DNA of 62,919 nt, the filler included, from Vannella sp. (lineage: Eukaryota): assembly GCA_023345925.1 (NCBI GenBank). It is 8 parts of 8 records of this genome, joined end to end, with 100 filler letters (N's around TTAATTAATTAA, not from the genome) between each part and the next. Parts side by side here need not be neighbours in the genome. Positions count along the whole stretch, not along the records: positions 1 to 17,320 come from JAJQQN010000498.1; 7 more parts are not named here. One strand, 5' to 3'. The translations under genes were made by a program, and so were the position numbers. The notes below the pieces were generated by a model that was not told where the DNA came from, ran no database searches, and saw nothing but the letters and a program-made list of their open reading frames with translations. Shown one piece after another: positions 1 to 12,976 of the stretch. How positions within the stretch are numbered: position 1 is the first letter of the stretch; every line of letters starts with the position of its first letter.

Positions 1-2
1 TG

Positions 3-407
3 ATGAACCGTTTTGGTGCCAACGCTGGAACTATCCAGAGGCTGGCAGAATACGACGGCGCGGAGTTTCCGTATCTCAGCGAGGATCTGGTGAAAGAAGC
101 TGTGGCTGGATTGCCAAGAGATCAACAAATTGCTGTGCTCTACACCCATGACCGCCTCGCGAATGGAAAGCCCCCTTTTTCAAAGCATGATTGTGCCCTT
201 TGTGATTGCGAAACGCCAGAGGAGATGGCCGCCTTTCTCAACAAGAACGGATTTCGGGTCACTGTCAGCTGCATTCGCAAAACGGGCGCCTTTGGAAGGG
301 GAGCTCTGCTTTTTCTGATGCCTGGAGATCTTCAATTGGGCAATGACAGAGAAACCCAAAGTGCTTGGGCCAAGTGCCGCGCTCCCCACTGCAAGGCCGA
401 CAAGTAG
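3..407 (+). CDS. 3' part of an uncharacterised protein with a SAM-like/H-CxxC...H C-terminal module (paralogue of 27438..28499 and 50637..52538); 5'-truncated by window edge
   Basis: Shares NxFGA, LPxxQQ, HDCALCDCxTxEExAAF and GRGALLF..P.DL with ORF 27438..28499. Confidence 0.8.
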   Translation: MNRFGANAGTIQRLAEYDGAEFPYLSEDLVKEAVAGLPRDQQIAVLYTHDRLANGKPPFSKHDCALCDCETPEEMAAFLNKNGFRVTVSCIRKTGAFGRGALLFLMPGDLQLGNDRETQSAWAKCRAPHCKADK

Positions 408-702
408 TCCCTCCCTCCCTTCTTTACTCCCTCACCATAACTTCGTCACAATACAACTCCACCATTAACTTCGCCAACATCCCTTGTAGAAGAGGAGCAG
501 AGATGTGAGCTCACAGAAGAGAAGACCCTGAAGACTGAACTGGAGGTGCTCAAGATTTACCTCGACTTAGCCTCATCAAAAGCCCCATTCCTCCAATGCC
601 ACATCAAAGCCACCTCTCCCGGAATCACCTGAAAGCTGTTTATTGATGAGATCCAGACTCCCGAACCAATGACCACTCCATTCGTCTTCACTTATCTGCC
701 AG

Positions 703-1726
703 TCAATCTACAAAGATTCCTCCAAACAAGGATTCCTGCTCCATTTCGGCGCGCTCTTCCTCATCTGTTAACTCTCGCTTCCAAGAGCTCTCTCCCAGAT
801 GGGCTGGCGGGTCCTCCCAAGGAGTCATCTCAAACTCCTGTGCAGATCTCTTTGTCAAGACATAAATAAAATAATGGAAAGTGTCTCCTATCACCATCTT
901 CAGTTCTTTTCCATCAACCTCGAGTCCAGCTTACCAAAAGTAATCAATTCCAAAGTCCATTGGAACTTGCGTTGCATCAAAATGCGTTTTCGAAAGTGCG
1001 GTTGCCCGAAAGTGATGTAAATGTAACGTCCGCCCTCTTTCAGTACCCTTTCTCTCAGTGTTAGTTTGTTGTTTTGTTAGCGACCCGTAAGTAGGCGCAC
1101 CGGGAGATCTCCGAACAGTAGTCATCCAGTTGGGTTCGTAAAGGCTCTTCCAGAGTCCAGGGATCCTTTTGGGGAGTCTGATTGATGCTCAGAAGACGGT
1201 TCTGATGACCAAGATGTAATACATACCAGTAGAGCATCCATTGTCCCTTTGTCAATGACTGTATCGAAAGAATTAGACTCAAAAGTCATCTTCGTTGCAT
1301 CCATTGTGATCCCTACGGACTCTATAAGTGTTTCGATGGCATCTCCTTGTGAGAAACACACATTGGATGGTATCAGGAAGGTGCTGGGAGCGCTCCTGCA
1401 TCTGCCGAATGACAGTTTCGCTGTAATCAATGTTGACTTGGTCCAAGAAGCCATCTGCCCACATGCTCTCCGTGAGAGCCGAGTTTCCACACCCCAGATG
1501 AAGGGTGTGATCACCAGAAGACACAAAGGAGCCAATGTGAGGCTTCACATCCTTCCACTCCTTGAACCACTCAAAAGAGACTCCTTCCTCGCTTCTGCGC
1601 GATCAGCACATGATCCCATGCTCTCTCGCTTCATCCAAAGCACACATACCCTTCGTATCGACTATTCCAGTACTCCAAAGTGGCGTAATCCGCGTTCGTG
1701 GGCTGATCGAAGCGTCCTTCCGCCAT
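703..1726 (-). CDS. Class I SAM-dependent protein lysine methyltransferase (EEF1AKMT4/METTL13 N-terminal-like), about 5 introns
   Basis: Spliced translation MAEGRFDQPTNADYATLEYWNSRY..FEWF..LHLGCGNS..NIDYS..MDAT..FDTVIDKGTMDALL..RVLKEGGRYIYITFGQPHFRK..FHYFIYV; GT-AG introns restore the frame. Confidence 0.88.
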
Positions 1727-1811
1727 CGGACACGAGGAAATGACTAATGGAGGGCCATCTGGGGCTCGTATCGTTTATTGGAACATTGGTTAGTGTACAT
1801 GACCCACTGAA

Positions 1812-3407
1812 CTACTCTGTGGGCCCTTCAGGACCTGCTTTATCCTCCAAAGCAACCGATTCGACGAGTTCGGTGGAGATCGGCTGACTTGTTGAGGCTG
1901 CAACCTTGACAGGAGCACTGGATGGATCACAAGTGAGGTTGATGCTTGCTCTCCACTTCTCAAGCTCCGCTGGGGTCTGCGTGGAGAAGAGAACGTGATT
2001 CCCGCGTCTCTCCTCGTTGTTGGGAGCCGGAGAGGGCGGAAGTATGATACAGAAGCAGTTCTTTCGAGCCTTCTCCTTCACCTCAAAAGGCTCCAGCTTG
2101 CATCCCTCCAGCCGGATGCCATAAAGCGCCACCGACTCGGCTGGCTTTCGGCAGATGTACAAGCAATCGTCCGACAGGACCACCCAACGTCGCTTCCAAC
2201 GACTACCAGACACAGCACTGTTCTTAGAGTGGAGATACATCCAGCCCTTGCGCGTGGCGTTCGGGAAACAGGCCCGCTCTGGCTCTAACATGATCTCCTC
2301 CTCGCGAATGCGCTCGTACAGTTCACTAAGGAACTCTGTGGGTACCTTCTCACCTCCCTGCGTGTACCGGATGTTGTCAATGAACTGCTTCTCGGTCATC
2401 TTGTTGCGCACTTGGTTGTTGTGAGCGTCTGTGTTGAGCATGATCGTCCCAAAGGCCATAGCATACACACAGACCTGGTCTGCAAAGATGTCGGCGTCCT
2501 GCATGTGGCTAAAGTAGTGGATGGAGAAGTTCCGCATCACGCGGCCGATCTTTTGAGCTTCCCCTGGCATTCGGAAGCAGAAGAGGAACTTGCGCAATGC
2601 CAAGTCAAAGTCCATGTCTGAGAAGTCAATGAGACGCACGAAGGCTTCCAACACGGCGTCCTTGTCCTCCTCCGAGAGAAACTCGCCTAAACGTGCCTTG
2701 TCCAGCTCAGTCTCCATGAAGAGGAACTTGGCGATCTCGTTAGGCTCATCTGAGACTATCTTCTTCTCTATCAGTAGTTCTACACCCTAGTAGAAGCGTC
2801 TGTGAGCCCAGGGTTGATGAAGAGAGCAGTTTCGAGGTCTTACCTTGCGGGGCTTCTTGTTAAACAGCTCAATGACCTCTTTGACTGCACTTTGGAACTC
2901 TCCTGATGCGAGAGACTCTTCTCGCATGCGCATGGCTTGGATCTGAGTGGAGGAGCCGGCGCGGGGCGTGACTAAGAGGTTGTGGTGGGCGCTCTTCTTG
3001 TTGATGTCACCAAGGCGGGCCACACAGAGCTCGGAGCTTCCTTCCTCAAGCTTCCTCTTGAAGATCCCGAGGCTCTGCTTCTTCTTCTTAACGTTGGAGT
3101 GAGCGCTATCCGGGTTTGCGCTGTCGTCGGCCCTTGCAGTGCCCAAAGGATAGATACTCGATGTAATAGCAACCTTGGGGAAGGTGTTGTTACTGCAAGG
3201 CAGTTGAATGGTCTCAAGGATGGAGAAACAAGCCTCCGCCGTGGCCAAGCGGCTCCATTCATCTCCCGCTCCCTTTTCCAGCTCCAGCACGCTACAGCGA
3301 GGCGCTAAGACGATCTGGTTCCGTGGCTTAAACAAAAGCGAACCCTCTTCAGAGTACGCCAGCGTCCGCTGCACCGAGTCCTCAATCGAACTCCCCGCTC
3401 GCATCAT
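1812..3407 (-). CDS. Arf guanine-nucleotide exchange factor with Sec7 + PH domains (cytohesin-like), one intron ~2788-2845
   Basis: FNKKPRK|GVELL, FRMPGEAQKIGR (Glu finger), IMLNTDAHN, PH motif KGWMY..WKRRWVVL. Confidence 0.92.
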
Positions 3408-3551
3408 CTTCCCTCTAAATGACTTTTCAGGTGAGAAAATGGCCCTCTTAAAAATAGATAAAAAGTGGATTGGGATTGATCCCGGTCGAATTTAGAGGCA
3501 CTTTTCAAAGGGGGAAGGGAAGTCATTCTAGCGATGAGCTCTGTCCGAGCC

Positions 3552-6500
3552 ATGGCAGCTCGACTGCGAGGAGAGTACGATACTCTTGCACTGGACGTTA
3601 GGTACGTTGTCTCTGGGAAGAGGAGGAGCAGGAGGAGTGCTGATGAAGGGACAGCGACCGCCACGCCAAACTTCTTCAGAACGGTTGTTCAGACGCGAGG
3701 ATTCAGCGAGGGGAAGTCAGGGACCTTCCTCGTTTGGAAGAAGGAGATAGAACGACATTTAAGGAGGTGGGCATGTACCTGGGTGACAACCAAATAGTCT
3801 GGACGGTGGGGAACGAAGAGTACTTCGTCTATGCCGTTCGCGGAGCTCGCCTCCGGCTTCAAGAGCGTCTTAGAGATGAAAAATATCTCTTGGCCTTTTC
3901 AAATGACTCCAATGTACGCGAGCTGCTCCTCAAAGAGGGCACAAACTTCCTCGCTGTCGCAAAGGAAGAGGGCGTCTTCGTTCAGGAGCTCCCCGAGGTT
4001 CAAACCTTCATCCTTTCCGAATCCATGCGTACTACAGCCCTCTGTTGGGACCCCACTATGACTACCCTTGCAGCTATCGGGGACGATAACTGTATCCACC
4101 TCTGGGCCCTCAACACGAACCTTCTCGCTGCCTCTCCGGAGACTATTGCACCTGGAGATAGAGGGATGGTCACTTCCATCGCCTTCTTTGGTCAGTTCTT
4201 GCTCTTTGGCACATCACAGGGAAGCCTCCACATGTATGACTTTAGTTGCTGCGCGGTTGTGGCTAGTATGTCGCTCTCTGGCTTGGAGAATCAGTCTATT
4301 GAGAGTATCTGTGCTCGTGATGATGTTCTGATCGTGGGAAGCGCTCGTAACAGTCTCCTGAGCGTCTATCCACGCTCGAAACTGGCTGAACAACGCAACT
4401 CGTGCCATCTCGTCTGTAGCCAGCGGGTTCAAGTGGGCCTAGCTACCCCCACCTCCATCCAGCACTTGGAGTACTCTGATCTGAAGGGATCAGAGACAAT
4501 AGCCATCTCTGTGACGACCCGCGAGTCCCAGCTGGTCAGCATTCTCTTCTTTGATAGTCTCGCTCAGCAGCTTCGAGTAGTTGATAGCTTCAGTACTAGT
4601 GGTCCTATTTGCTCTCACAGTGCGCGCCCCACGGCTTCTGGACTCGAAATTTTCTTCTTCCTCGCTGGTTCTGTTCACAGCTGGAGCTACACGTGCTCTC
4701 TTGAAGCTCTTGAGAGTGTATTGGTGGATTGTATTGATGCTGAGCCGCTTGCTGATGAGCCACAGTACACAGCTGAGGCAATGGAAGAACTGGACTTGCC
4801 CCAGCAAGCTCCTATCCACACTATCCCTTCTTGTGCGTCTCTTCCGTCAAGCGAGCTCGCAGAGGTATCAGAAGAGGAACCAGAACAGGTTCAGGGAGAG
4901 GAACAAGAAGAGACTATGGAAGAGGCACCAAGAGGAAGGGTCATTGAGCCAGAATCACCAGCTTGTCCGTCGGACTCACCAACTGCGGTTGCGATGCCAG
5001 CCCACTCACCAATTGAGAAAGAGGTGCCTGAGCCTGTGCTTCCACCAAACGCACCCCAAGAAGAGGACCCTTCTCACCATCAAGAGAGTGCCAACGCGTC
5101 AGATGCACCCTTGACTGTCTATTACTTGGCACTGCGAGCCAATTCAGGAGAAGTGCCAAAACCACCAACAAAGGAATACGAAGAGGCAATGACTCTTTTG
5201 AGACAGGAAGTAGAGCGAAATTCAGAAGCTTCTCAAGTGCGAGTCCGAAGCAACAAAAAACAGAACAAGGCTAAGAAACAAAAGAGTCCCGAGGGTGCTG
5301 TTGGGGTGCCATTGGTAAATCCAGCTGTGGCAGCGGCAAATGCTAATGCTTATGCTCCACTGGAGTCGCGTACGGCAATCCAGAGTAAGAATCCGTCCCA
5401 ACGGATGCACAGCCTTACGGAAGAATCCGCTCCAACGGATGCACAGCCACAAGAAGAAGTGGTACGAAAGAAGAAAGCCAAAAAGGAGGCAGAGGCACAA
5501 CCCAAGAGGGGAATTCTAGCAATCTGTCCACTACCAGTGCCTGTAGTAGAGCCCAGTTTTCAGAATAGCGCTCCTGTAGCACGAGGAAAGCGAGGTGGCA
5601 GAGGAGGGAACAAGACTCCCAGAGGGAAACTCAAGCTCCAAGATGGAAGCTCAGAAAGGGGTGGAATCAAGAGCCCAGCAAAGCCAACCCCTCACCCTAT
5701 CCCCGCACCGGAGATTGCTCCTCCTGTTGTCCCTCGTGACCTCCAACAATCCACAGGTCAAAGCACCTCCAGAGTCCCTGTAGATGCGGCACTTTTGGAG
5801 TACATCGACCAAGAATTCACAAACGCATCGCGAGTGATTATGAACAGACTCCAAAAGGACGAGGCTGAACGCCAAGCTGAGATGAACAACTTCATCCAAA
5901 GGCAACTTGCCACCACTTGCAAGGCACAAATAGATCAAGCCCTTCAGGCACCATACAGCGTCAAAGCCATCACACAGATCTCCGACCGAGTCCGCAAAGG
6001 AGTCCGAGCCGACATCCAAAACAGTCTTCGGGAACCATTTGCAGACGAACTGAACCAGCTATTTGCTTCCACTCTGCGGCCCACAATCGAGAATTCCTGC
6101 ACCAAGTTGTTCGCTGACATTGATGCATCCTTTAAGAGGAACATCAGTGAGCAGGTTCAGTCCCTGTCAGCCACAAGCAATGCCAACCAACTGGCAACTG
6201 CCGTTGGCAATCTCACAAATGTGTGCAACGCTATGGTGGGCTCAATCGCTCAATTAGCCAGCCTCCGGAACTCTTTCACTGGTGCGATTGGCGCTCCTCC
6301 CATGCCATCACCAGAGCAAGTCGTTCGGATGAAACTGGACGAAGGAGATCTCGCCGGGGCGTTGGGGGCGGCGGTGTCAACAAATTCGCGATTCTTGGTC
6401 ATGAGCACGATTAGTGAGATTGGGGATCCTTCTCAAGTGATCTCTCCCACCTCCAATCAATCCACCCTCGCTAGTCTGTTACAACACCTCGGCGGTGAGT

Positions 6501-6718
6501 TGGGACACGAGGCAGACACTAAAGTGAAATGGATCAGTTGGACGGCGCGTTTCCTCCAACCCGAGCACCCTTCCATTGCCAGCAAGATTGGCCCCATTGC
6601 CGCCAACCTACTCCAGTTCATAGATGAATTCCTAGTGGAATACTCCTCTTCTCCTCTCATTTACGAAGCCAAGTTCCTCCGACCCTTCCTCCAACAACTC
6701 CGCGTCACCCGCAGGTAA
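3552..6718 (+). CDS. EDC4: Enhancer of mRNA decapping 4 / Varicose-like scaffold (WD40, low-complexity linker, helical C-terminus); intron ~3602-3653
   Basis: N-terminal WD40-like segment; C-terminal QSTLASLLQHLGGELGHEADTKVKWI resembles the EDC4 C-terminal domain; upstream exon from ATG 3552 splices in frame. Confidence 0.72.
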
Positions 6719-6905
6719 ATCACCGCGAAATAAAGTGACAATCCCATCAAAAATTCATTTAATCTCCCGATATCAACCAAAGTGACCATTTGAGCCACAA
6801 GAACGACTCTGCAATCTATTATGGGACAGAGTCAAAGGAAGTTTCTGTCTCGATTCGCACTCCGGAGCTTACTGCGATCCTTTTTGTCCTTTTCAGTGGT
6901 TAGGA

Positions 6906-8471
6906 ATGGCGTCGGCTCGTGTTGCTCTTCGAAGTCTTCGATGTGAGGCCTCTGTGCGAGCAGGGTTCTGTACAAGCGCGAAGAAGGTGGGCCAACGAGT
7001 GCTCGCGATGAGGGAGCCTTTTTGACGTTTGTGGGCTGGATAGATCGATTATGGGGCGGAGAGTGATGAGGCTATCATCAAGCGTATTCACCAAGGCAAG
7101 CTGGCGGCTCATAACTTGGAAAAGTCGCTTGGAGACTTCACGAGAGCTGTTTCTATCCGCCGGAAGTTGCTTGGTCCGTCCTTCTTCGCCTTTGCTGGGG
7201 TTTGAGATGAGGAGTACTCACAGACACATACAGAGACCACCTTGGATAACAACCAGGTGTTGAACGGGCTCCCTTTTGAGCACATGGACTATTCAAAGGT
7301 GTTCGGTGCATGCGCAGAGAACGTTATTGGGTACGTTAGCCCTCTGCAAAGTGTAGTGGGTACTAACCAATGCTTTAGATACGTTCCCATCCCTGTTGGC
7401 ATCGCTGGCCCAGTGCTGTTGGACGGGAAGCAGGTTATTCTGCCGATGGCAACAACAGAGGGTTGTCTGATTGCCTCCACTCACCGAGGATGCAAAGCTA
7501 TCTCAGAGTCTGGAGGAGCAAGGACGGTTGTCACAGACAACGGAATGAGCCGAGCGCCGCTCATCCGCATGCCCAACATTGAACAGGCCGCTGCTCTCAG
7601 CCTCTGGTTGACAGATGCCAAGAACTTTGCTTCGGTGGCTGCCGCATTCAACAGCACCAGTCGCTTTGCTCGGCTCCAGCGGATCGATACGAGTATGGCA
7701 GGCCGTTGCCTGTACCTTCGCTTTAAGAGTGTCACTGGTGACGCTATGGGCATGAACATGGTCTCTAAAGGTGTAGAGAAGGCTCTCACTCTCTTAGCCA
7801 AGGAGTTCCCGGAGCTCCACGTGATGAGGTGAGAGGAAACGTCCTGGAAGTTGCTTTTCTCCTACTTACTGCCTTGGTGGGGGTCTGATAGCCTCAGCGG
7901 CAACTTCTGCACGGACAAGAAGCCCTCAGCAGTCAACTGGATCATGGGACGAGGCAAGTCTGTCGTCTGTGAGGCCACAATCAAGGAAGAGATTGTCCGA
8001 TCGGTCCTCAAGACAGAAGTGGATGCTCTGATTGACATCAACATTCACAAGAACCTTGTGGGATCTGCTATGGCTGGCTCAGTGGGTGGTTTCAACGCAC
8101 ACGCAGCGAACATGGTGACCGCCATCTACCTCGCCACCGGTCAGGACCCTGCCCAGAACGTGGAGAGCTCCAACTGCATCACTCTAATGGAGAAAGCCTC
8201 AAATGGGAAGGATCTGTACATCACCTGCTCCATGCCCTGCATCGAGGTGGGAACTGTCGGTGGTGGAACAGGTCTTCCCGCTCAATCTGCCTGCCTTGAC
8301 ATCCTCAACGTGCGTGGTGCTAACTACGAGAACCCTGGCAAGAACGCCGATCAACTGGCTCGTGTAGTCTGCACTGGAGTGCTCGCTGGCGAACTCTCAC
8401 TCATGTCCGCTTTGGCGGCTGGCCATTTGGTCAAGAGCCACCTCGAGCACAACCGTGCCAAGAAGGAGTAA
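6906..8471 (+). CDS. HMGR: HMG-CoA reductase class I, soluble (no membrane anchor), N-terminal presequence; 4 introns
   Basis: [71 protein letters not shown]. Confidence 0.96.
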
Positions 8472-8607
8472 GTCTCCTCAGTACTGTACATGCATACCCC
8501 GCACCATAAACGCCACCTTCTCGCTTCTTTCAAAAGGGCGGGAACTTTGGTCCAAACCACTAAGGACGCCATTTCCCTTCATTGCTGCATCCCCCGCACT
8601 TCATCAC

Positions 8608-9151
8608 ATGGTACATAGATGATCAAGCAGAGGTATGCTAAGGCGTAGACTAACAAAGAGGCTGCGCAGAGTGAGGCGCAGGAGAATCCGCTTATCCGCG
8701 CGCGCGAGGTTTCCCTGACGTATAACCTGTCTGAGACTCAGTTCTTGAAGATCAAGGACACCTTTGACTCGTATGATCGTGAGAAGACCGGTAAAATCAG
8801 TGAGGACCTTCCCCTCTCTCTTGTTTCGTTGGTGGTGTCTCATCAGGTCATCTTCTCGATAGCTGTGGCGTCTGCGACAGAGCTGTTCCGTTCGCTCAAG
8901 TCAGAAGATCCAGAGAAAGCAGCAGCAGACCTTGTAGAGTCTCTTGACCTCGACAAAAGTGGAGAAATACAACTTTGGGAGGTGCGTAACACCCTTCTCC
9001 CTCCTATGCGACTCACTGTCCCATCTAGTTCGTAGAGCACTGCGCAAGCAAGTCTTCTAAGCAGCATGAAGTGCCCCACCTCGGCATCCAGTCTAAGCGC
9101 GTGCGAGCCGAAGAGGAAAGCCTTGCTGAGGACAGCCCTGCTTCTGAGTAA
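8608..9151 (+). CDS. Small two-EF-hand calcium-binding protein; 3 introns; first exon appears to be ATG only
   Basis: FDSYDREKTGKI and LDLDKSGEIQLWEF EF-hand loops after splicing. Confidence 0.75.
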
Positions 9152-9429
9152 GCCTCTTGGGAGCTTCAATAAACCATTACCCCTTCATGGTCACCCACTA
9201 TGACCCACTCTGAAGCACTCTCAGCCCCAACCTCGGTCTTAGAGCCTCAGATTGAGAAGAAACAGAGCTTTCTGGTGAAAGCAAGAAGAACCAGCGCAAG
9301 GGAGTGGTGTGTGGTGTAGAGAAGGACTCTTTGATGAGTCAGAGCAAGGAGAAAGGATCCCATCTCCCCTCCTCTCCCTCCCAACGAGGCCTTTGTCTGG
9401 GGAATCCCTTTTCTTATGTTACATGGTGG

Positions 9430-10866
9430 TCAGGCGTTGATAGTGACCCTCCTGGTTGGTGTAATCTCTCTCATTGGATAGAGAGTGCGATCTCCTGTGA
9501 TTCGCGAGACAACGGCGACGAGGAACTTCAGATTGATGAGCATCAGCTTCAGCGCTCTCGTCCATTCCTCTTCAGAGGAGAACTGCTTCTTAATACTCAT
9601 ATTCCCTATCTTCTCCCGGACGATTCTACCGCAAAAGGTGAGCGCCAGCTGCCTTCCAAGTGACATAACTCACTTAAAAGGCATCCGGAATGTCGGTTCT
9701 TTCGAGCGTGTGTGAAGGATCATCTCTTGGAGGCATGTCAAATAGCCTACCATAGCAGTATCAAACCTCCTAAACCATAATATCTTCCCTAAAGTGATCT
9801 CCCGCGAGCCAAAAAGCTCATAAGTGGCTCCATCGGCCACACTTTCCATTTTGGAAGCGCTTCCCGAAGGTAATATCCGATATCTACCGTCCCAGTTAGT
9901 CTACTGACATTGGATATATCTTGTTAGCTGACTCTTTGAACTGATAAGTCATCCTCCGAGCGAGAATGTCCAAAAGGAGTGCCGCTTGACCCCAAGCGGC
10001 ATTGATTTCATTCCAGTCCACCTGGCAGGCCCATCAGAACCCCTTCTCTTGGTCTTTCGATGGATGCTTCTTACTGGTTGACTTGGTAACGATCCAATGC
10101 GAAGATTGTTGATGGTGCCAAAGTGCCCATCACGAGAGATGTAAAAGGTGTCGTTCCAAACGTTCGTTGCGCGGAGTTTCTCAAGCTGTGAATGAAAGCG
10201 TCGCTTCTCCTCAGTTACAGCTCCTTCTTCTTCGCGGAAATCGAGCATTTGAGCCTCGAACTCGTTTGATATGTCCCAATAGTGCTCTTCTATCAGCTCT
10301 AGCTTGATCGCTTCTAGTTGATGCTGTTCTAAAGCCCTTTCTGCTTCTTCTCGTTGGGTTCGTGCTTCTTCTAAGAGGCGAAGGACCTCTAACTCCTCCA
10401 CTTCCAACTTCAATAGCATCTGAGAGAGCTCCTGAGACTCCACCTGCTCCTCAAGAGAGGCTTGAAAGTGAAGATATCTATCATGGTCATGTTCGAGCTC
10501 ATTGAGGTGCTTATGAAGCTCTATCGTGAGCAATTGAGCACACTCAGCGCAAAGGGGATGATCCAACCCCGAACTATCAGTCGCCATCTCCATCAAGGTC
10601 AATAGGTTGGAGTTAAGTGAAGGTACAGTATCTCCTTCACTCTGTGAGAGACTCCGTGAGCTCTTGGGCTGAGTAATAGCGCCCGTTGAAAGCAATCCGG
10701 TTTTTTCTAAGTCCTCCAGCATGGGATCCACCACCAGCCCTTTGTAGCATCGCTGACATACAAGAGGTGTCTCTTTCCCCACCCTCTCCACCGCTGGATT
10801 CAATCCCGAGGTACTCCTCTGGGCAAACAAAGTCGTGTTTGCCCGAAGAAGCTCCCGCCCGCTCAT
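9430..10866 (-). CDS. ATG6: Beclin-1/ATG6 autophagy protein; 3 introns
   Basis: [12 protein letters not shown], coiled coil, [47 protein letters not shown]. Confidence 0.95.
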
Positions 10867-11085
10867 GGTCCTTCCCAAATCAAATGAAAGCTCTCTCACC
10901 CTCTCCTTTGAACAGCAATCATCCATCCAGCCAACATCTTCCCTCAACAATCAAGCCATAGAGAAGGAACGGCTGTTTGGTTCGAGAGCGCATCCAGGAA
11001 CAGGACGAGGGGGAAGTCAAAACTAACGATTGTATTAAGAAACAACAAGGTGGGCAGTGTACAGGAGATACGCGGAAGTGGCAAA

Positions 11086-12633
11086 CTAGAACTTGCCAGC
11101 GTACTTGGTTCGGTGCTCCAGTCCCATGTCGTTCTCAGCAGGGAGACCGATACAGGCCTTGAGGATGTTCTCAATGCAAGCACGTTGTTTGAAGAGGGCG
11201 TTCACAACAGGGGCACCAGAAGGAACCAGAGGCGCCTTGAGGAGGTAACTTAAGATGGAGAGGATGGGGTGGAAGCGCTCATACTCCTCCATGTCGCCAG
11301 TCTTGTAAGAGATGCGTGACACAAGCTCAGCCAAGACAATCAGATCAAGGATAATGGGAGCAGCCAGCAGGGAGTCCTCGCACGTGTTGTGCATGGAGAT
11401 GGTGTTGCGTCCGTGCATAAAGATCTCAGAGGTGTACTCGTCCATCGCACGCTTGCTGTCGCCAACGTAAGGAACGTATTTGATGACAATGCAGTGATCT
11501 GGGTGCTCTCCTTCAGCGTAAAGGATGGGATTGGAAGCCACCATGTCATCCACAACGTTGGACTTGCTCACCTCCTTGGAGCGGAACTGCTTAGGAGCGG
11601 AGAGGTTCTTTCCATCGTTGTTACCCAAGTGGTTGTAGCTGACAATAGCGGTTGGCTTAAGGCCAGCGGCAATCAACCAGTCAACCATGACGGACTTCAT
11701 CTTTGTCTGTCCAGTCTTGAAGTCATCACCACCAATGAAGACCTTCTTGGATTCAGCGAGTTCGATTGCTCCAGGGACGAAGGTATTTTGGGGAGAGCCG
11801 TTGATGTACGTAACACCCTCAAGGATGCAGGCAACAGCGAAGAGAGTGGAAGGGGAGATTTCCTTCTCACCACGTTCGATGGAGGCCAACAGGTTCTCAG
11901 CAGTATCGTTGATGCCGGTGACGATCTCGGCGAAGCGCTCGGTGTTGGCGGACCACAGAACAACGAGGGTGTCGCAACCGTTCTTCTCCTTGAACTCACG
12001 CATGTCTTTGCGGATGATGTTGAGCATTTCCTGCTTGGTACCTTCAAGGCAGTTGTTAGCACGGGACTTCTGGTTGGCAGCAACAAAGTCCTCGTCATAG
12101 ATGGAGGGGAGAGGGACGATGTCCTTCATGTATGGCTTCAACTGGCGCTGGAGATCATACTCAAAGACGCGAGCACGCTCCATAGCGTCAGCAAGATTGC
12201 AGGAGTTGATGTCCCAGCCACCAACGACGAGATCGTTCATCTCAACGATGGGAATAAGAGCCTTAAGAGGGACGTAGGTGTCCTCCCCGTTAACATCAGC
12301 GCCAATGCGGACTGTGGAAGATTGGGTGATGGAACCGTGGTAGTTAGGGGTCTTGGGGCCCTCCTTTGTCTCCCACGAGATTCCCTCGCGATTGGCGATC
12401 AGTCCACCAACAACAGTTGATCCGTTGTTACCTGCAAGACCAACAAGCATTACACCGAGCTTGGGGACCTTTCGTTGGGTCTTGAAGGAGTAAGAAGTGG
12501 TAACGGGAGTCGCAATGATCTTATCGTCCTCCACGCGGGTGTGAGCACGCTGGTACTCGTATTGAGACAAGATAGTGTCCTCAGTGTAAGTCACATTGGG
12601 GCTCTCCACGATAAGCGTTGTGCCGAAGACCAT
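11086..12633 (-). CDS. INO1: myo-inositol-1-phosphate synthase
   Basis: [50 protein letters not shown]; intronless coding region. Confidence 0.98.
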   Translation of the reverse strand: MVFGTTLIVESPNVTYTEDTILSQYEYQRAHTRVEDDKIIATPVTTSYSFKTQRKVPKLGVMLVGLAGNNGSTVVGGLIANREGISWETKEGPKTPNYHGSITQSSTVRIGADVNGEDTYVPLKALIPIVEMNDLVVGGWDINSCNLADAMERARVFEYDLQRQLKPYMKDIVPLPSIYDEDFVAANQKSRANNCLEGTKQEMLNIIRKDMREFKEKNGCDTLVVLWSANTERFAEIVTGINDTAENLLASIERGEKEISPSTLFAVACILEGVTYINGSPQNTFVPGAIELAESKKVFIGGDDFKTGQTKMKSVMVDWLIAAGLKPTAIVSYNHLGNNDGKNLSAPKQFRSKEVSKSNVVDDMVASNPILYAEGEHPDHCIVIKYVPYVGDSKRAMDEYTSEIFMHGRNTISMHNTCEDSLLAAPIILDLIVLAELVSRISYKTGDMEEYERFHPILSILSYLLKAPLVPSGAPVVNALFKQRACIENILKACIGLPAENDMGLEHRTKYAGKF

Positions 12634-12976
12634 GCTGCTCAGGAACAAGCCTGACCGTGCAACAACGACTTTTGTAGGATCTCCTCAACCCTTAGAAAGT
12701 TCAGGTAAACATCTCGATCTTCCCAATTCGCTGTGTTTGCTTTTTCTTCTCTTTTTCCAAATCACAATAGCGAGGATCAAAAGAATCAGCAACAACAAAG
12801 ATTCATATGGAAAACACGAGTGTGAGACAGCGTTCGAGACTGCAAGTGTTCATGGGTCGAGTATCGCACACTACGAGCAACAGTAGAGTGTGAAAGTTCG
12901 GTTTTCGCTTCATGTTCTCAGGGAGCAGCCTGTTCTTGACCTCCTGTGACTGTCAAATCACTTTTCATTGCCGCTC

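Noticed and set aside
703..1726. Apparent frameshifts/pseudogenes in this and other fragmented ORF sets (PLD, PP2C, PSMG2, PMT)
   Set aside because: Short GT-AG introns restore continuous frames; no need for recoding or an alternative genetic code
11389..12420. 343-aa antisense ORF over INO1
   Set aside because: Shadow of codon bias in a highly conserved gene; no recognisable motifs
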